Shown piece after piece: positions 41,521-58,274 of a stretch of DNA of 64,000 bases; within the stretch, counting starts at the first letter, position 1, and the number at the start of each line of letters is the position of its first letter. The stretch comes from the human T2T-CHM13v2.0 reference genome, Homo sapiens. The notes beneath the pieces are model-generated. The model ran no database searches. It was not told the DNA's origin and saw only the letters and a list, made by a program, of their open reading frames with translations. Location: assembly GCF_009914755.1 (NCBI RefSeq), contig NC_060927.1. One strand, given 5' to 3'. Both the position numbers and the translations under genes were made by a program.

Positions 41521-44032
41521 CAGTTCTTTTACTCTTCCTCTTCTCACGAATCTAGGTTGTTTTTACCTCTGTTGACAAGGAAGGGAACATGTGATTATGT
41601 GGGAGCTGTTGTACTTCCCTCTTCTTTGTCCTTGATGCTCTTGGTAAGACTAACTGGCCGTTGATATTGTCTCTGTGGCAGCCATCCAAATGCTGGCTGC
41701 CTTTTCAAACCCAAACTTGCACTCTGCACTAGAAAACTAATGAACACTTTCTTCAGTAACTGCCACATCTTTGTCTTCCTTTAATCATGGTATTATTTCT
41801 ATTTTGTGTACTTGCCCTTCTATTACCATGGTAATGATTAATGTTATCCTTAGATTTTTGCTTCTCCCCTTTCTAAAGAAAATTGTAGGATTACTCTGTG
41901 CCACATCAGGCCTATATGAAGTCTTGTTTTTATTTTTAGAATAAAAACCTCTAAGAAGTGAGGCACAGTTTGCTATGTCTCCTTTCCACAGCCACAACAA
42001 CCTACATCTCTGCAGACAGTGGAGTTTACATCAGGTTATATTATTCAGGAAAGGCAATATAGAATGAACCCCTGTTTATGGTATCAAAAGTAGAGTGCTG
42101 CCTTAAAAAGTAAGTTGCATTGGCATCTGCTTTTAAATTCAGCAGACTTTAAAATAAAACTTGAATTAGAAGTTAAAAATTGGTGAAATTTACATTGGTA
42201 AAATATCTCCTAAAATTGTGGTTTTAAATAATTTAGAAGGATTGATTACCTAAGAAACTTTTAGATCTAAAGATTGGAAAACAGAATATTAGTTTCAGAG
42301 TATTGTTTCAGTTGCTAGTAGTTTCTTTAGGAACTGTATTGAAAGAAACAGACAAGCTCAGATAAAAGTAGCCATTTTGCAAGCAGAAATAAAAGAAAAA
42401 AGAGAGAGATTTTAGAAATTCAGGGCCTTCAGATGTTGAAAAATTCACTGAACTAACTAAGATCATAATACGAAGACATGAAATTTAGAAAATATTTTGA
42501 TCCACAACAGCAGACGTATACTCAGCCTTGAAGTAATTTCAATTTACCAATAAGATGTCACTAAATGTGAGTTGGGAACAGATGTGCATAATTGGTTCTT
42601 GCAAGTAAGTGTAAGCTGGCTCTAATGTCCCAGTCTGTCATCCTCCAGCAGGCTATCCTGGGCTTGTTCTCATATTGGTGCCATGAGCTCAAGAAAACCG
42701 GCAGAAGTATTCAATACCATATAAGGCCTGAATTCAGAACTGACATATTCTCATTTCCTTTGTATTTTATTGCCTGGAGCATGATACAATGATAGCCCAG
42801 AATCAATAATGTAAAAAGAACTCTGAATCATGATACAATTCGTTACTAAGTCACATTACAATGAACATGTATTTGCCAAACTTCTGATAAATGTTGATTA
42901 TACTACAAATAAGAAAAGGATTAAGAATAAGTATTAAATGATTGCAGTCATATGTTCTATTTTTAACTTAATGTTTTAACATAAAAATAGGTATTCTAGC
43001 AAAGTTGTGAAAGATGAGTGAATTTACACAATTTCATTCCACACATCAATCACTGCCAGCCATTAAATCTATTTAGTTTTGTAATTGTTGTTACATTTGT
43101 TAAGTTTCTGAAGGTTGTAACAGACAGCTTCGCTTTGGTAACAAACAGCTCTCAAATTCAGTGGCATAAAACATGAGTCATCAGAAGCTTTATGTCTGCA
43201 GCTGCTGTTCTGCTCCATGTGTCTATCCCTTTTGGACTGTAGTTAAATAAATAACTTCCATTTACACCATCCCTGTTATTAGAATGGTTAAAAAAAACAC
43301 ACAGAAAAAAAGATAGCTGATAGAAGCTTGCAGTTATGTTTACTACTCAGATATGTTAATTACACCAGCTTACATCCAAATGACCAAAAACATCACATGG
43401 CTATCTATGCTCAAAATTAACAGACATTTTCTTTTCTTATAATTGGTAAGGCACTATAATTCACTTGCCAATGGGAAATAATGTATTATCCTTTTATAAA
43501 AAGCAAATAATTGGGGCGGTAAAATCTACCAAAGTCTGTAGTCTTGATCTCTTACGCAATCCCAAAAGAAGTTACTCCGAAAGTCTTATCCAATCATTGC
43601 ATTGAGTTTGAAGTCCAGAATTTTTCTGTCCTCTCTTCAGGTCTGAATATAATTCATATCATCTAGAAATCTATTGTATAAAATAATACAAATAACAACA
43701 ATGATATACTAAAAAAATGTTACTTTCTCACTATATACTAAGCTACAAGAGTGAAGATATACAGATCAGCCACAGTAAGCATTTATTTTAGGAAAAGGGA
43801 AGATGAGACGCTTCTAGTAGTCAATGATTCATAGAAATTCTGAAACTTATGCAGAACACAGTTTAAAAATCTAAAATGATCATAGGAAATCTTGATTAGG
43901 CCATTATTTTCTCCTAAAGATAGTCCTCAATTCTGACATATTCATTAGCCATTAGCTCTGTTCTCTGAAAAATTCTTCCTTTTTCATGGTCATCCTTGGA
44001 CACTTCTTAAAAGAGCAATAAAAAGCAATGTC

Positions 44033-45098
<1,066 letters not shown>

Positions 45099-45333
45099 AA
45101 AAAGCAATGTCTCCAGGTAAACTGTGTCTATGTGAGCCTACACTGCCCAGACTTTCCAAACTCCATGCAAATAAATAACTTCACATGCTATAAACATTTA
45201 CCATTGCTAGGAGGTAGAGAATTCCTTGAACCTACTGTTATAATTTCTGAAATAAACATCTTCCAATAGATCTACAAGTGAAGCTCCTGCTTCAGAAACA
45301 AGTTTATGGACATGAAGAGTGAAGGAGAGGAGT

Positions 45334-45789
45334 TGTATTCGTTTCCCAGTGCTGGCAGAACAAATCACCACAAATGAAGTGGCCTAAACCAACAGAAATG
45401 TACTCTTTCACAATTCAGAGGCCAGAAAGCTGAAATTGGTAAGGTTAGTTTTTACTGGAGACTCTAAGAGAAAATCTATTTCATGTTTCTCTCCTAGCTT
45501 CTGGTGGTTTCCAGCCGTTTTGGGGATGGATTGGCTCACAGACGCATCTCTCCAATCTTTGCCTCCATCTTCACACAGTGTTCTCCCCTGTGGTCCTGTG
45601 TCCAATTTCCCTCTTCTTAAAAACACTAGTAATATTGGATTTATGGCCCATTTAGGTGGGCCCTCGATCCAGTTTTACTTCATCTTAACATGATTATACC
45701 TGCAAAGATCCTGTTTCAAACAAGGTTACCTTCATAGGCTTCATGTGGATATGTGTTTTTGGGAGACAGTCCTCAGCCGCCCTCTTACA
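45334..45789 (-). mobile_element. MLT1C-like solo LTR
   Basis: TGTATTCGTTTCC...TTACA termini; flanks GGAGT/GGAGG. Confidence 0.85.
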
Positions 45790-46849
45790 GGAGGCTTAGG
45801 AGAGAATACAGGAGGATTGTAGAAACTAAAGTCAAAGCACAGGCATAGATGTCCTCAGAAAAAGTCAAATTAGTAATCAAAAGTCTGGAAATTGGTAGTG
45901 CCTATCACTTGGTCTAGGGATGAAACTTAGAAGTTAGTGGGACTGAAGACAGAAAGCCTGGAAGAACATTTCTCTGCAGAGAAATGAGATAACTAGAGAA
46001 GGGTAAGTTGCCATTTAAGATAAGACAGTAAACAAAAATTAAAAAGTTATATTGAAAAGATAAAACAACAACAAATACTGTCATATTATTTTAAAAAGTT
46101 ACATTTTACTATACTAACAAAAGACGGTATTTTTAAATAAAAAATATGTCCATTACCTGCCTAGGAATAAAAATGTCAGATAATTTTCATAAAAAATTTA
46201 CCTTAACAAGAGAATAGAAAATAACAATCAAAGTATTCCAGCTGAGAAAATTTACCACTCCCATCACCATAACCTTTATCTATTAATGAAACATATTTAA
46301 ATACATTGATGAAAGAATGTAATCTTAAAGTAGGAACTTGTCCATGAAATGGTTAGGAATAGGAAACATCAGACCAACTCCATAAAAAATTACAGTAAAG
46401 TAAACTAGATAAGAAAAATCAAAACATTTGAGGTAATATAATTCTTTGCACAAAGTAATCACAAAGGAGAAGAAAATTGTACCAATCATAAATGAAGAAA
46501 ATTTAAATACATTCAAAAAAGCATATGAAAACATAAGAAATAGACTCATATTTGAAAATGTAACAACAGAAATAGCAATATTAAAGTAAATGCAACGATT
46601 TTTGACTTAGGCAAGCGAAGAAATTACAGAAAATGAGAAAACAATCTCAGTATAAAGAATAAGTTATAACTTATACCAGAGAGAAGTGATCTGAATAAAA
46701 ATTTATTAAAACAGACCAACAGGCCCATAATTTACAAGAAATTGGGTAGAGTACTCAGAGGGATCTTAATAGAAATAGCAATAAAATAAATGCTGTTATT
46801 TTCTCACCTAATAAATGTTTAAAATAAGGCCAAAAAACAAAATCAAACA

Positions 46850-48030
46850 CTTTCTAAGTAAATTATCAGAGCCTCAGAACAAAACTCAAGAATATTTATA
46901 GAAATAAAAAAATCCATGACTCAACAAAGTAAAATTTAAAATGCGTACTAATAGGTCAAAAGTTATCAGCCATGCAGCAGCAGAAAATCACATCCTATAA
47001 TGAGGAAGAAAACCCATCAATTGAAACTGATCCAAGACTGACACAGGTACTAGAATGAGCAGTCAATGTCTATAAAATAGTTATTAAAACTATCTTTCAT
47101 TTGTTCAAATTAGAGATATTGAAGATATATAAAAATAACCCCAATTAAACTTGTTGGAGAAAAAATTTGAATAGTTGAGATAAAAATGCATTGGATCAGA
47201 TTAATTTCAGATTAGATATTGCAAATAAACTTATATAAACATGTTATTGCAAATAAACATATTCATGAAATCAAAGACAATTTTTTATTTCTTTATAAAA
47301 GATTCAAAATAAAACAGAGAAAAAAAACTATTAAAAATAGTGGAAGTTTTCTTATAAGCCCTTGACAGGGGAAAAAAAAAGAATGAAAGAATATAAGTAG
47401 GTCATGTGGCAACATCAATTTACCTAACATATGTATAATTTGAAAAAACAAATGAGGCAGAGTAAAGGGGCAAAAAATAAATTTGAAGAAATAATATCTG
47501 GAAAATTTACAAAGTCTAAATTATGTATTCCACAGATCTAAAGAGTTCAAAAAACCAAAGTACAAAAACATAAAATAACTATTCAAAATTAAATCTTAAT
47601 CAAATTGTTCAAAACCAGTATTAAAGGGGAAATCCTAGAAGCCAACAGAGAAAATATAATATTTACCAATGTACAGACAGAAGGAAGGCAGCAGATTTTT
47701 CATCAGCAACAATGTAAGTAAAATGGCACTTAAGCAATTCACTAAAGGTTCTAAAGAGTTGTTAACCTAGAATTTTATGGTAAGGAAAAAATATTTCAAA
47801 AACAAAGGTAGAATAAAGTCTTAAATATACATACAAAAGCTCAAATTATTGTCACTATTAGACACACATGAACCAAAATATTAATGTCCAGAGCTCCTGC
47901 AGAAAGAAGAAAAATAATACTAAATGATTTACAAAAAGGAATGAGTGGCATCAGAAATGGTGACTCTATGGATGAATATACAATTTTTTGTTATTGTTTA
48001 ATTCTTTTTAAAAGATAATTACCTATTTAG
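46850..48030 (+). mobile_element. Old L1M ORF1/inter-ORF remnant
   Basis: A-rich decayed ORF1-like sequence (TTTGAAGAAATAAT, AACCTAGAATTTTAT). Confidence 0.6.
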
Positions 48031-48031
48031 A

Positions 48032-49560
<1,529 letters not shown>

Positions 49561-49567
49561 GATAAGA

Positions 49568-50553
49568 GATAAAGATGAAATTGAGGGTGGTGACCTACAA
49601 TAGGCAGCACACCTGGACTGAGTTGGTGTGAACATCTTCATACTGAAAGAGAGACTGCAATCCTCCCGTACATTGCTCTTTAACGTAGGGGCCTGTTTTT
49701 TGAACTTGAAGTTGATTTCCCACATCGGTTCTTCTCTGGGCCCATTCTGCACCAGAAAAGTAAGCATTTGGAATTCTTTAATGTGCTGGGAGTGGCTTCT
49801 GCAATGGCTGGATTCTTGGAGAGTTGAGCCACAAATCACTTATACAGTACAGAGACTGGATCACATATGCCCAGAGACTGCAGCTTCCCCATTGACTGTG
49901 GTCACAGGTGCAAAGGCTGAAAAGCATTCAGCATGTAATGCTTTTGATATAACCTGATCCAAAAGGCAGCAGTACAAGTGACAGTCCAGGCATTTTTACA
50001 AATGAAGAAAAATTTCACAATATCCTCAGGACAGACGTAGGAGGCGGGAAATAGTAAAATATCCATGGGACACTATGTTGTTCCAGCCCCGTCTAGGTCT
50101 CCTGTTTCCTTTTTCTTTTCTTTTTTCTAGAGACAAGTTCTCTCATGGATGTTTTCCTCCTAAGCTGGATCCATCTCATCACTGCTGTTGATGATGTCAC
50201 AGTGTTCACCTGTCCCAGAAAAAAAAAAAAAAGCTTCCTCTAAAGGAATCTGGAAGGCTTTTAAGCCACAAATAGGTTTTACTTCCTGCTAAATAGCATT
50301 AGTGACTTCCTTCTTGACTCATCCAGACCTCATGATTGCCAGATCTGGGCTGGCATAATCTTCCACAGTCACTAGTCTGGAGCAGGCATCGTAGGCCCAG
50401 AACTTGAGTCACTTTCCTCTCTCAGGTATGGCAACCATGTCAGAGCAAGACCAGCCTCGGGGGCTGGGACCCCCAGCCATGTCTTGTTCCAGAGAGCCAG
50501 CCCTAGGAGGTGCAGGTCAGCTACACCCAGCTTTGCAGACATCCCACAGGCAG
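49568..50553 (-). pseudogene. TMEM183A: Processed pseudogene of TMEM183A (5' UTR to about codon 305; multiple stops and frameshifts; 3' end absent)
   Basis: From ATG at 50480 the minus strand reads [65 protein letters not shown], versus recalled TMEM183A [68 protein letters not shown]. Later blocks: [53 protein letters not shown]. No introns. Confidence 0.93.
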
Positions 50554-50559
50554 AACTTT

Positions 50560-50820
50560 CAATTTAATCAATGATGACAATTAAGATCAGTTGTTGCCTG
50601 GGAAAGTTGGTACTAGCATGGTAGGTAGGAAACTGTGATTACCACAGGGCACAGAGAAACTTTTGTAGATATGTAGATTATGAATATATTCAATATCTTG
50701 AATGTGGTAATTATTGTATGGGATGTATACATTAGCAAACTTGTCAAGTTTTGAAAAATTTAAATAAATGAATGTTATTGTATGTTAATTATACCTAAAT
50801 ATTATATTAATTTTACCTAA
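50560..50820 (+). mobile_element. Old L1MC/ME-type 3' end
   Basis: GATCAGTTGTTGCCTGGG...TATTGTATGTTAATTATACCTAAAT. Confidence 0.65.
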
Positions 50821-50857
50821 AACCATATAGAATTAATATAGAGACATTAGCAGTCCT

Positions 50858-50858
<1 letters not shown>

Positions 50859-50891
<33 letters not shown>

Positions 50892-51129
50892 CGGAGTTTT
50901 GCTCTTGTCGCCCAGGTTGGGAGTGCAATGGCGCGATCTCAGCTCACTGCAACCTCTGCTTCCCAGTTCAAGCGATTCTCCTGCCTCAGCCTCCTGAATA
51001 TCTGGGATTACCTGTGCCTGCCACCATACCCGGCTAATTTTTGTATTTTTAGTAGAGATGGGTTTTCACCATGTTGGCCAGGCTGGTCTCAAACTCCTGA
51101 CCACAGGTGATCTGCCCTCCTGGCCTCCC
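50859..51129 (-). mobile_element. AluSq-like, 5'-truncated by ~35 bp, with T30 tail
   Basis: GAGTTTTGCTCTTGTCGCCC diagnostic; TSD AGCAGTCC(TG/CA)TTT at 50849 and 51130. Confidence 0.92.
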
Positions 51130-53199
51130 AGCAGTCCCATTTTTAACATAAATACAGGCAATAAAATTCTCTTTTAAAATAAGATATAGCTTAGCTGTGC
51201 TCTCTCTAATTGGAATTCCTATGTGAAAAATGTTAGAGAAAGCTGAGTATTGATAGACATTGTGTTCAGAAGTGAGGTTTAAAATAATGTTGGTTTGGAA
51301 CTATTCTTTATACAGTTATTTTGTCAGATAATTTGAAGTTGTAATGAAAACAACAGATATAGTAGCTGTTCACCAATAGTGTACCACATTTTGTGGAAGG
51401 AGACACATGCCATTATAATCTAATACTTGGTCATGAAGAAACTACAAAAATGTCATCATGATAGTAAGTCACCCATGCTTTTCGGACAAGCTGCAATCTC
51501 TGGTTTCTTTTAAAAATTTAGTCCTTAAAGGAGTGTTTCCCAATTGTTTTCTTACTCATTACCAGTTTTAAAGGTGTAAATAGCTTACACACTCATAAAT
51601 TTTTCAAAGTTCAACTGTTTCTGCTCTATTGAGATACACAGATATGTTAATCCTTAATTGGCAACTTACCACAGGCCAAAATTTAGTACACTTCAGTAGT
51701 ATTTATGGTTTGATTTATAAAACCAATGTTCCGTTTATTTTACAAATAGTCAATAATATTATAACAGTGAATATGATACTAAAGCTACCTCTCTTGGATT
51801 GTATAGGTTTCAGAAATAGTGGAAGTGTTCACCACTTTGGGAATTACTTTGTGGTCAGTTGTTCAGAAGTTATTACAGTTAATAAATATATTTACTTCTA
51901 TCACTACATGATTACTCTTACCTACATAAACCCCTGTATTGTAGGTTTCTATGTAAATCTATATTTAATCTAACTTTAATCTTTATACTTGTATATAAAA
52001 AGCATACTAAAAATCTGGGACAATTGAGTAACTTCAATAAAATGGATAAACAGACATTTTAGTTTCTATAATATATACTATTAATTGACACAATAGGTTT
52101 CATTCATTTATTTGTAGTTATGTATACATCAGAGGGTAGATAAAGGGAACATGAATTACTGAATACTTGCCTCAAACTCCAACTTACTCTATATAAGCTT
52201 GACTTTTTTACTTTAAATGTTAATTGTTTTAACATGTTAAGTATACTTTTACCTGAGAAATTGAGCAATCACAGAAGCACTAAGACAGTAGTGATCACAT
52301 TCCAAATAGAGTGTGGGTATAAAATCTTTTCCTTATGCTGCCGGTTTATAGAGCTCATTTCCATGCCCTGTTACTCACTAATGTTATTATGGTTAAATTG
52401 GAATCTCGCTGGTGACAATCGCACTACATGAAATTTTTCCTTGTAATTATAATATTAGAAAAGGATATGTTGTGAAAACTATTAGCTTGATTAGTTAAAA
52501 TTCTAAAATGTGTGCACTTGTTACATTAGCCACGTATTTGTGAAAAATAGTGTCTCTTAATATCAGATTAAAAGTTTAGATCTTGTATTCTAACCAAAAC
52601 AGATTAAGACCTAACTGACATATATGCATTATCCTTCTGAATGTTCCATTTCTGGCACCTTATTCTTATTTTGCCCCAGGAAAGGACAAATACTTTTTTT
52701 ATAAACCTGAAGGCATTTTTTAAATGGTCCTTCCTTTCAAATAACTGAAAAAGAACAGTTTTTCTGACTTTAAACTTGCATTTTAAGTTTGTGTTAGAGA
52801 AACATTATTCAGACCTTCAGCAGAGCACTGGCTACCGGGGATTTAGAAAACACCCTGGCAAGCGGGCAAAAATATGACAAACTCTTTATTCTTCTAGAAT
52901 GATTTTCAAATATTAGAGGTCCAAACAACAATTTGCAGAGCTGAATGGTATTTTTCTATTATCAATTTTCTTATATTCCTAGATAATTTTCTCCTCTATC
53001 ATTTGCTTCATTTAGAGATCATCCATGGATTTCTACCTTATTAATATTACTATACTCTTCCATCTATACCCAACACCATCATAACAAATAAACAACAAAC
53101 CAATGGGAGAATAAGTAGAAAAAGCATGTACCTTTCTATCTACTCAAGGCCTGATATTAATGAGAAATCAAATAGAATTGACTTCCTAAAACATTTCTA

Positions 53200-53420
53200 C
53201 TATCTCTGGTCCTGGCTGTGTTAACTGAGAAGTGCTCCTGAAAACAGGACTTACGTGCAAGTGATTTATTTGAGAAGTTGTTCCTGGAAGCATTAGTGTG
53301 GGGTGAGGAATCCATGGGACAGGAAACAGAAGCGACTAAGTAGAGGGTGGAGCCATCAGCCGATCACTGTTGTGGGCAAATGGAGCTCATTCCCAATGGT
53401 GATCTCTGGGAAATGGTAGA
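53200..53420 (-). mobile_element. LTR16-like ERVL LTR fragment
   Basis: GTGCAAGTGATTTATTTGAGAAG...GGGACAGGAAAC...TGTGGGCAAATGGAGCTCATTCCC. Confidence 0.55.
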
Positions 53421-54060
53421 ATTGATATCAGCAAACCACAGCTTTCAGGTCACGCCTGGCACATTGCCTGTTTATGTAGCCCCCATGCACAAAGGGCACC
53501 GCTCCCTAGCAGTCTAGCACTGTGAGTTACGGAAAGCAAGCTAAGACATCCCCATTTGCCCGTTTCTCCCAGCACTTGCCTGTTTCTCCCAGCACTTGCC
53601 TCATCAGTCTATGACTCGCCTTACTGCTGCACAGGGCCCTTGCCAGCTGCCACCTTTGCATTGGTTGGAAACTTCTGGGCACCTAGCATTGGAATCTCAG
53701 TCTAGGTGGGAGTCAGGGACTCGGAAAGTTGCCTGATCACTGTCCAGCTGCCCAAATTGAGTTTGCAAAACTCTTCAGGAAAGAAAGAAGCACAAAGATC
53801 TGGGTATTCCTGGAGCACAGAATAAAACTGATAGGTGGAGAAGCAGCCACCATTTCCCACCCCCAGGTATTCCCTCTCTCTGGTTGATTGTTCTTCCTCT
53901 GGAAAATTTTTCCAGCTGGGCCAAAGCAGGCCCACCACGTGGGATGACACACCCCAGGAAAATGAAGCAGGGCATGAGTTTTCTGTCTTTTTACATAAAG
54001 TGACTGTACAATAGCCTCAATTTTGCCTCTTGGCAGATAGTACTTACATATTATCCAGCC

Positions 54061-54556
54061 TATGAAAGGTTAAACAATGGCTCCAAGGAGGTCTCATTCC
54101 TAATCCTCAGAATCTGTGAATATATTGCCTTCCCTGGCAAAAGGGACGTTACAGCTGCGATTCATTTGAAGATCTTGAGACAGAGAGATTATCCTAGATT
54201 ATTCTATGTGTCCAATACAGTCGCAGAGTCCCTGTCAGAGGGAGGAAGGGAGTCAGACAGAGGAAGGCAATATGAACACAAAAATAGAGTCAGTAAAGGA
54301 GATAAAACACTACGCTGCTGGTTTTGAAGATAGATAAAGGATCACAATTCAAATAATAGAATTTGGCAAAGGCAAGGAAACAGGGCCCATCCTAGAACCT
54401 CCAGAAGTAACCAGCTCTACTGACAGTCTGATTTCAGCCAAATGAGAATGATGTTGGACTTCTGCCCCCGAGACCGGTAAGATAATAAATTTGTGTTGTT
54501 TTTATCAACTTATATTTGTGGTGGTTTGCCTCAGCTTCAATAAGAAACATAATCTA
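54061..54556 (+). mobile_element. MLT1D-like solo LTR
   Basis: GGCAAAAGGGAC, GCTGCTGGTTTTGAAGAT, AATAAATTTGTGTTGTTTT motifs. Confidence 0.85.
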
Positions 54557-56703
54557 AAAGCTTTTTGGCTCCTAGTGTAAAATAATGCTTCCCAAATTTT
54601 AGCATATGTAGGGGCTATCTAAAGATTCACTTAAATCAGATCCTGAAGCTCATCCACCAGATATTCCAATTCTGTAAGTCCAAGAGATGCCACTTGGATT
54701 TCTAAGAAGCCCTCAGCTAATATGACTGCTTTTAGGGTGTGGAATTGGAATAACCCTCAGGTAGAATGTACTTATAAGTTGTCCTATTTATGAGGCAAGG
54801 AAGCTGCTGTAATTTTTCTTTTACACTGTCATTGGATAAGAGCTGCTCCCTGGGCATCCACTTGCTCAGCATTTCCAGCCTGCTTTCTAGGTAAGTGCTT
54901 CTGGCAAAGTCATCAGGGGGAGAGTTCCAGGTGCTTTCAGTAGCAAGATTTTCTGAATGCATGGAAGAGTGAGTGCCAAGGTGATATGGAAGAGTACACA
55001 TAAACTGTCTTTGATCTCTTGTTGCGTTACATATACATGGTGAAGAATGGAAGGTTTTTCTCTATCTGAATCATGCTCTTTTAACAAATAATATTTGTTA
55101 ATCCATATGTTTTAGGATGGTAGGAAGTCTACAGTCCTATTTTATTTACCCTTATTAATTGATCCTCATATCACTGGAGGTGTTGATTTTCTGAGATCAT
55201 TCACTGTTTAATAATGCTCCTAGACTATGTGAAAGGCTAATGTTCTGTTTTGTAACACCTATTTTCTGTTGGCTATGCTGATTTTGTTTAATACATCGCT
55301 GTACCTCTACGTTGACTAGGCTTGTTTTCCAACAGTTTTCTCCAATTAGTTTCCCATGTTAACAATATTATTACTGGAAAATACCATTACATTCTTTTTC
55401 TCTGTATATATAAAGGCTAAACTATATTATATTTTCAAAATGAGAAAAGAACTTGAAATGATTCTTACCATAAGACCAACTATTATCTTCCCAAAGGGGA
55501 AAAAGAGCTTATACCAATAAACAAAAACAAAAAGTTGCCAGAAAGTACTGACATTGGGCATTAGAGAGCATCATGGACAGGGATTGAACCTTGCAGCTGA
55601 ATGAGCGGGATAAATGATAACAAGCTTTAGCGATAGCAAGACTAAACAACAGGTCCACTAAGGAAAAATAAAATCTGAACATTGTATGTCAGCAATACAC
55701 TAAGCCTCAGAACAGATTATCCAAGAATGTAACAAAGATGAAATTAGCATTAGTATCTCCAGAGCTTACAAACAACATCATAAAACCAAGATAAGCCATT
55801 TTGGTATGCATATAAACAGGCAATGCTAAAGCACTCATTTCTTAATTTAGAAATTGAGATTTAGTTTTAAAAGCTGTACGGATTAAATAAAGATAGAATT
55901 CTTTATTCCAATATGCCATATAGAAAATCTTAATGAACATATTGCATGTAAAATAAGAAAGGAACTGGTCTTTGGAAAGGTGAGGACTAAATCCAAAACT
56001 GTCTTTAGAGTGTAAAAAATCCGTTTTTATAAGTGAGAAAGCTGCAATTATACCTTTATGTGATTATTGTCTTTAATCCAAAATGTGTTTGGGGTGAAGT
56101 TTTAAATGATGTACCAATATAGGAAATGAAGTTTTTTTAATTTGTTTTCAAATTTCAACTTTATCACAGTTCCATAGTATATTAATGTATAAAATTATAA
56201 AAGTATAATGACCTCAATTAATCATATGGTCACTGATTTTAAGCTTAGAAATGTAGTTATTTTTATAAATCAATATCCACAAAATACATTTTGTTTTGGT
56301 TTGCCATTTTGTCATATTAAAATTTTAAATCTTTTCTATCAAGTTCAAGGGAAAATAAGCAACGTGTAGCACAGATGACAAAAAAAACTCCAATGCAATA
56401 GAAACATGCATATGTATTGTATACATACACACATATATTTCTATTGTTACAAAATATAAATATATTATTACAAATATACATATATATACATAAATATACT
56501 TGTATCATTACAAAATATATGCTAATTTATTATTTTTACTGGTAATAAAAAGGAATCCAGGGTCAATACTATTTTCCCATAGAACAAACTTAGCTAAAAC
56601 TTATGCACCACCAAGAATAAGCATTAATCACTTGATTAACATATTATTATATGTGATTTTAACAGCATATATTTTGTATGCAACCAGCTTATTGAAAAAT
56701 AAC

Positions 56704-57151
56704 TGTAACAAGTTTAACAGTAGCCCCCCAAAATTTATATTCACCTCAATCACAGAATGTGACGTTATTTGGAATAGTACTTCTACAAATGTAACTAAAG
56801 GATCAAGATGAGTTCATATTGGATTGAACTGGGCTTCAAGTCCAGTAAGAGTGTCCTTACAATAGACAGAAAAGAACATGCAAACATAGACAAGTGGACA
56901 TGTGAAGAGAGAGTCAGACATTGAAGTGATGCATCTATAAGCCAAGGGATGCCAAGAATTGCTGGCTGCCCTTAGACTCTAGGGAGAGAGGCATACAACA
57001 GATTCTACCTTGAAGCCTCCAGAATGAGCTAAACCTGCAGAACTCTTTGTTTCAGATTTCTGGCCCTCTGGAATGTAAGATAATACATTTATGTTATTAA
57101 AGTTATCTAGTTGGGGGTAATTTGTCATGGCAGCACTAGAAAAGTAATATG
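56704..57151 (+). mobile_element. MLT1B/C-like solo LTR
   Basis: AGAATGTGACGTTATTTGGAATAG, AAGCCAAGGGATGCCAAG, GGCAGCACTAGAAAAGTAATA. Confidence 0.85.
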
Positions 57152-57274
57152 TAATTAATAAAGAAAAATACAGAAACTCTAACTTTTATACTTTGATGAG
57201 AATAACTAGTACCTGAATCAGGAACATTACCAGCAATCGAAAGGGATACCATGTTGTAAAGGTATATGCACACA

Positions 57275-57275
<1 letters not shown>

Positions 57276-57318
<43 letters not shown>
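57276..57318. repeat. (CA)n microsatellite
   Basis: About 21 perfect units. Confidence 0.95.
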
Positions 57319-57320
<2 letters not shown>

Positions 57321-57958
57321 TTTCATAGGCTAATGTACATTCAGCTTTGTAAACTCATTCAGTTTCCGAAAGTTATTGGAGTACATTATGCTCACATCGG
57401 TAAACCACAATACAAATATGCAAGTTTCAGTTTATGTCTTTGCCAATACTTAATATTTTTTGCACGCTTTATAATTAGGTGTTCTAATGAGGGTAATGAC
57501 ATCTAATTGTGATTTCAATTTTTATTTCCATAATTATTAATAAGGTGGAACACCTGGCAATGTGTTTATTGATCATTAGAATTGATATTTTTATGAAGTA
57601 ATCAGTTCAATTATTCTTTTTCCTTTTAGGTTGTTATCTGTTTTATTGAACTTTAGAAGTTCTTTGTACATTTCACATAATAATACTTTTAGATGAATAC
57701 GCTAAAATGCCTTCTCCCAATATGGCTTAAATTTCCACTCTCATTTTGATGACTTTTAATAATATTATTAATTTTAATGAATTACAATGTATCAGTCTTT
57801 CTCTTATGTTTAATTCCTTATATGTCTTATTTTAAAATATCTTTGGCTACTACAATGTCATAAATATACTCCCACATTCACATATAAGGTTTTACTGTTT
57901 CAACTTTTGCAATTAGATATAGAATCCATCTAGATTTAATTTTTGTGTATGGTAAGGC

Positions 57959-58005
<47 letters not shown>

Positions 58006-58274
58006 TCAATTGTCCCAACATTATTTTGTAAAGCTAACCACTTACTTTCTGCACTAAACAATCATTAATATCATAAATCAAGTAACTATATACATGTGAA
58101 TGTTTCTGAAATTGTCTCCCATGCAGAATATTACATAGTCTTAAATACTGTCACTTCATAATATATAATACATAGTAGTTTTAGCCTTCACTTTGTTGTT
58201 CTTAAAATTACTTTGGCTTACACTTGCCCCTTTGAATTCTAGCATATATTTGGGAATCAGCCTGTCAATTCAAT

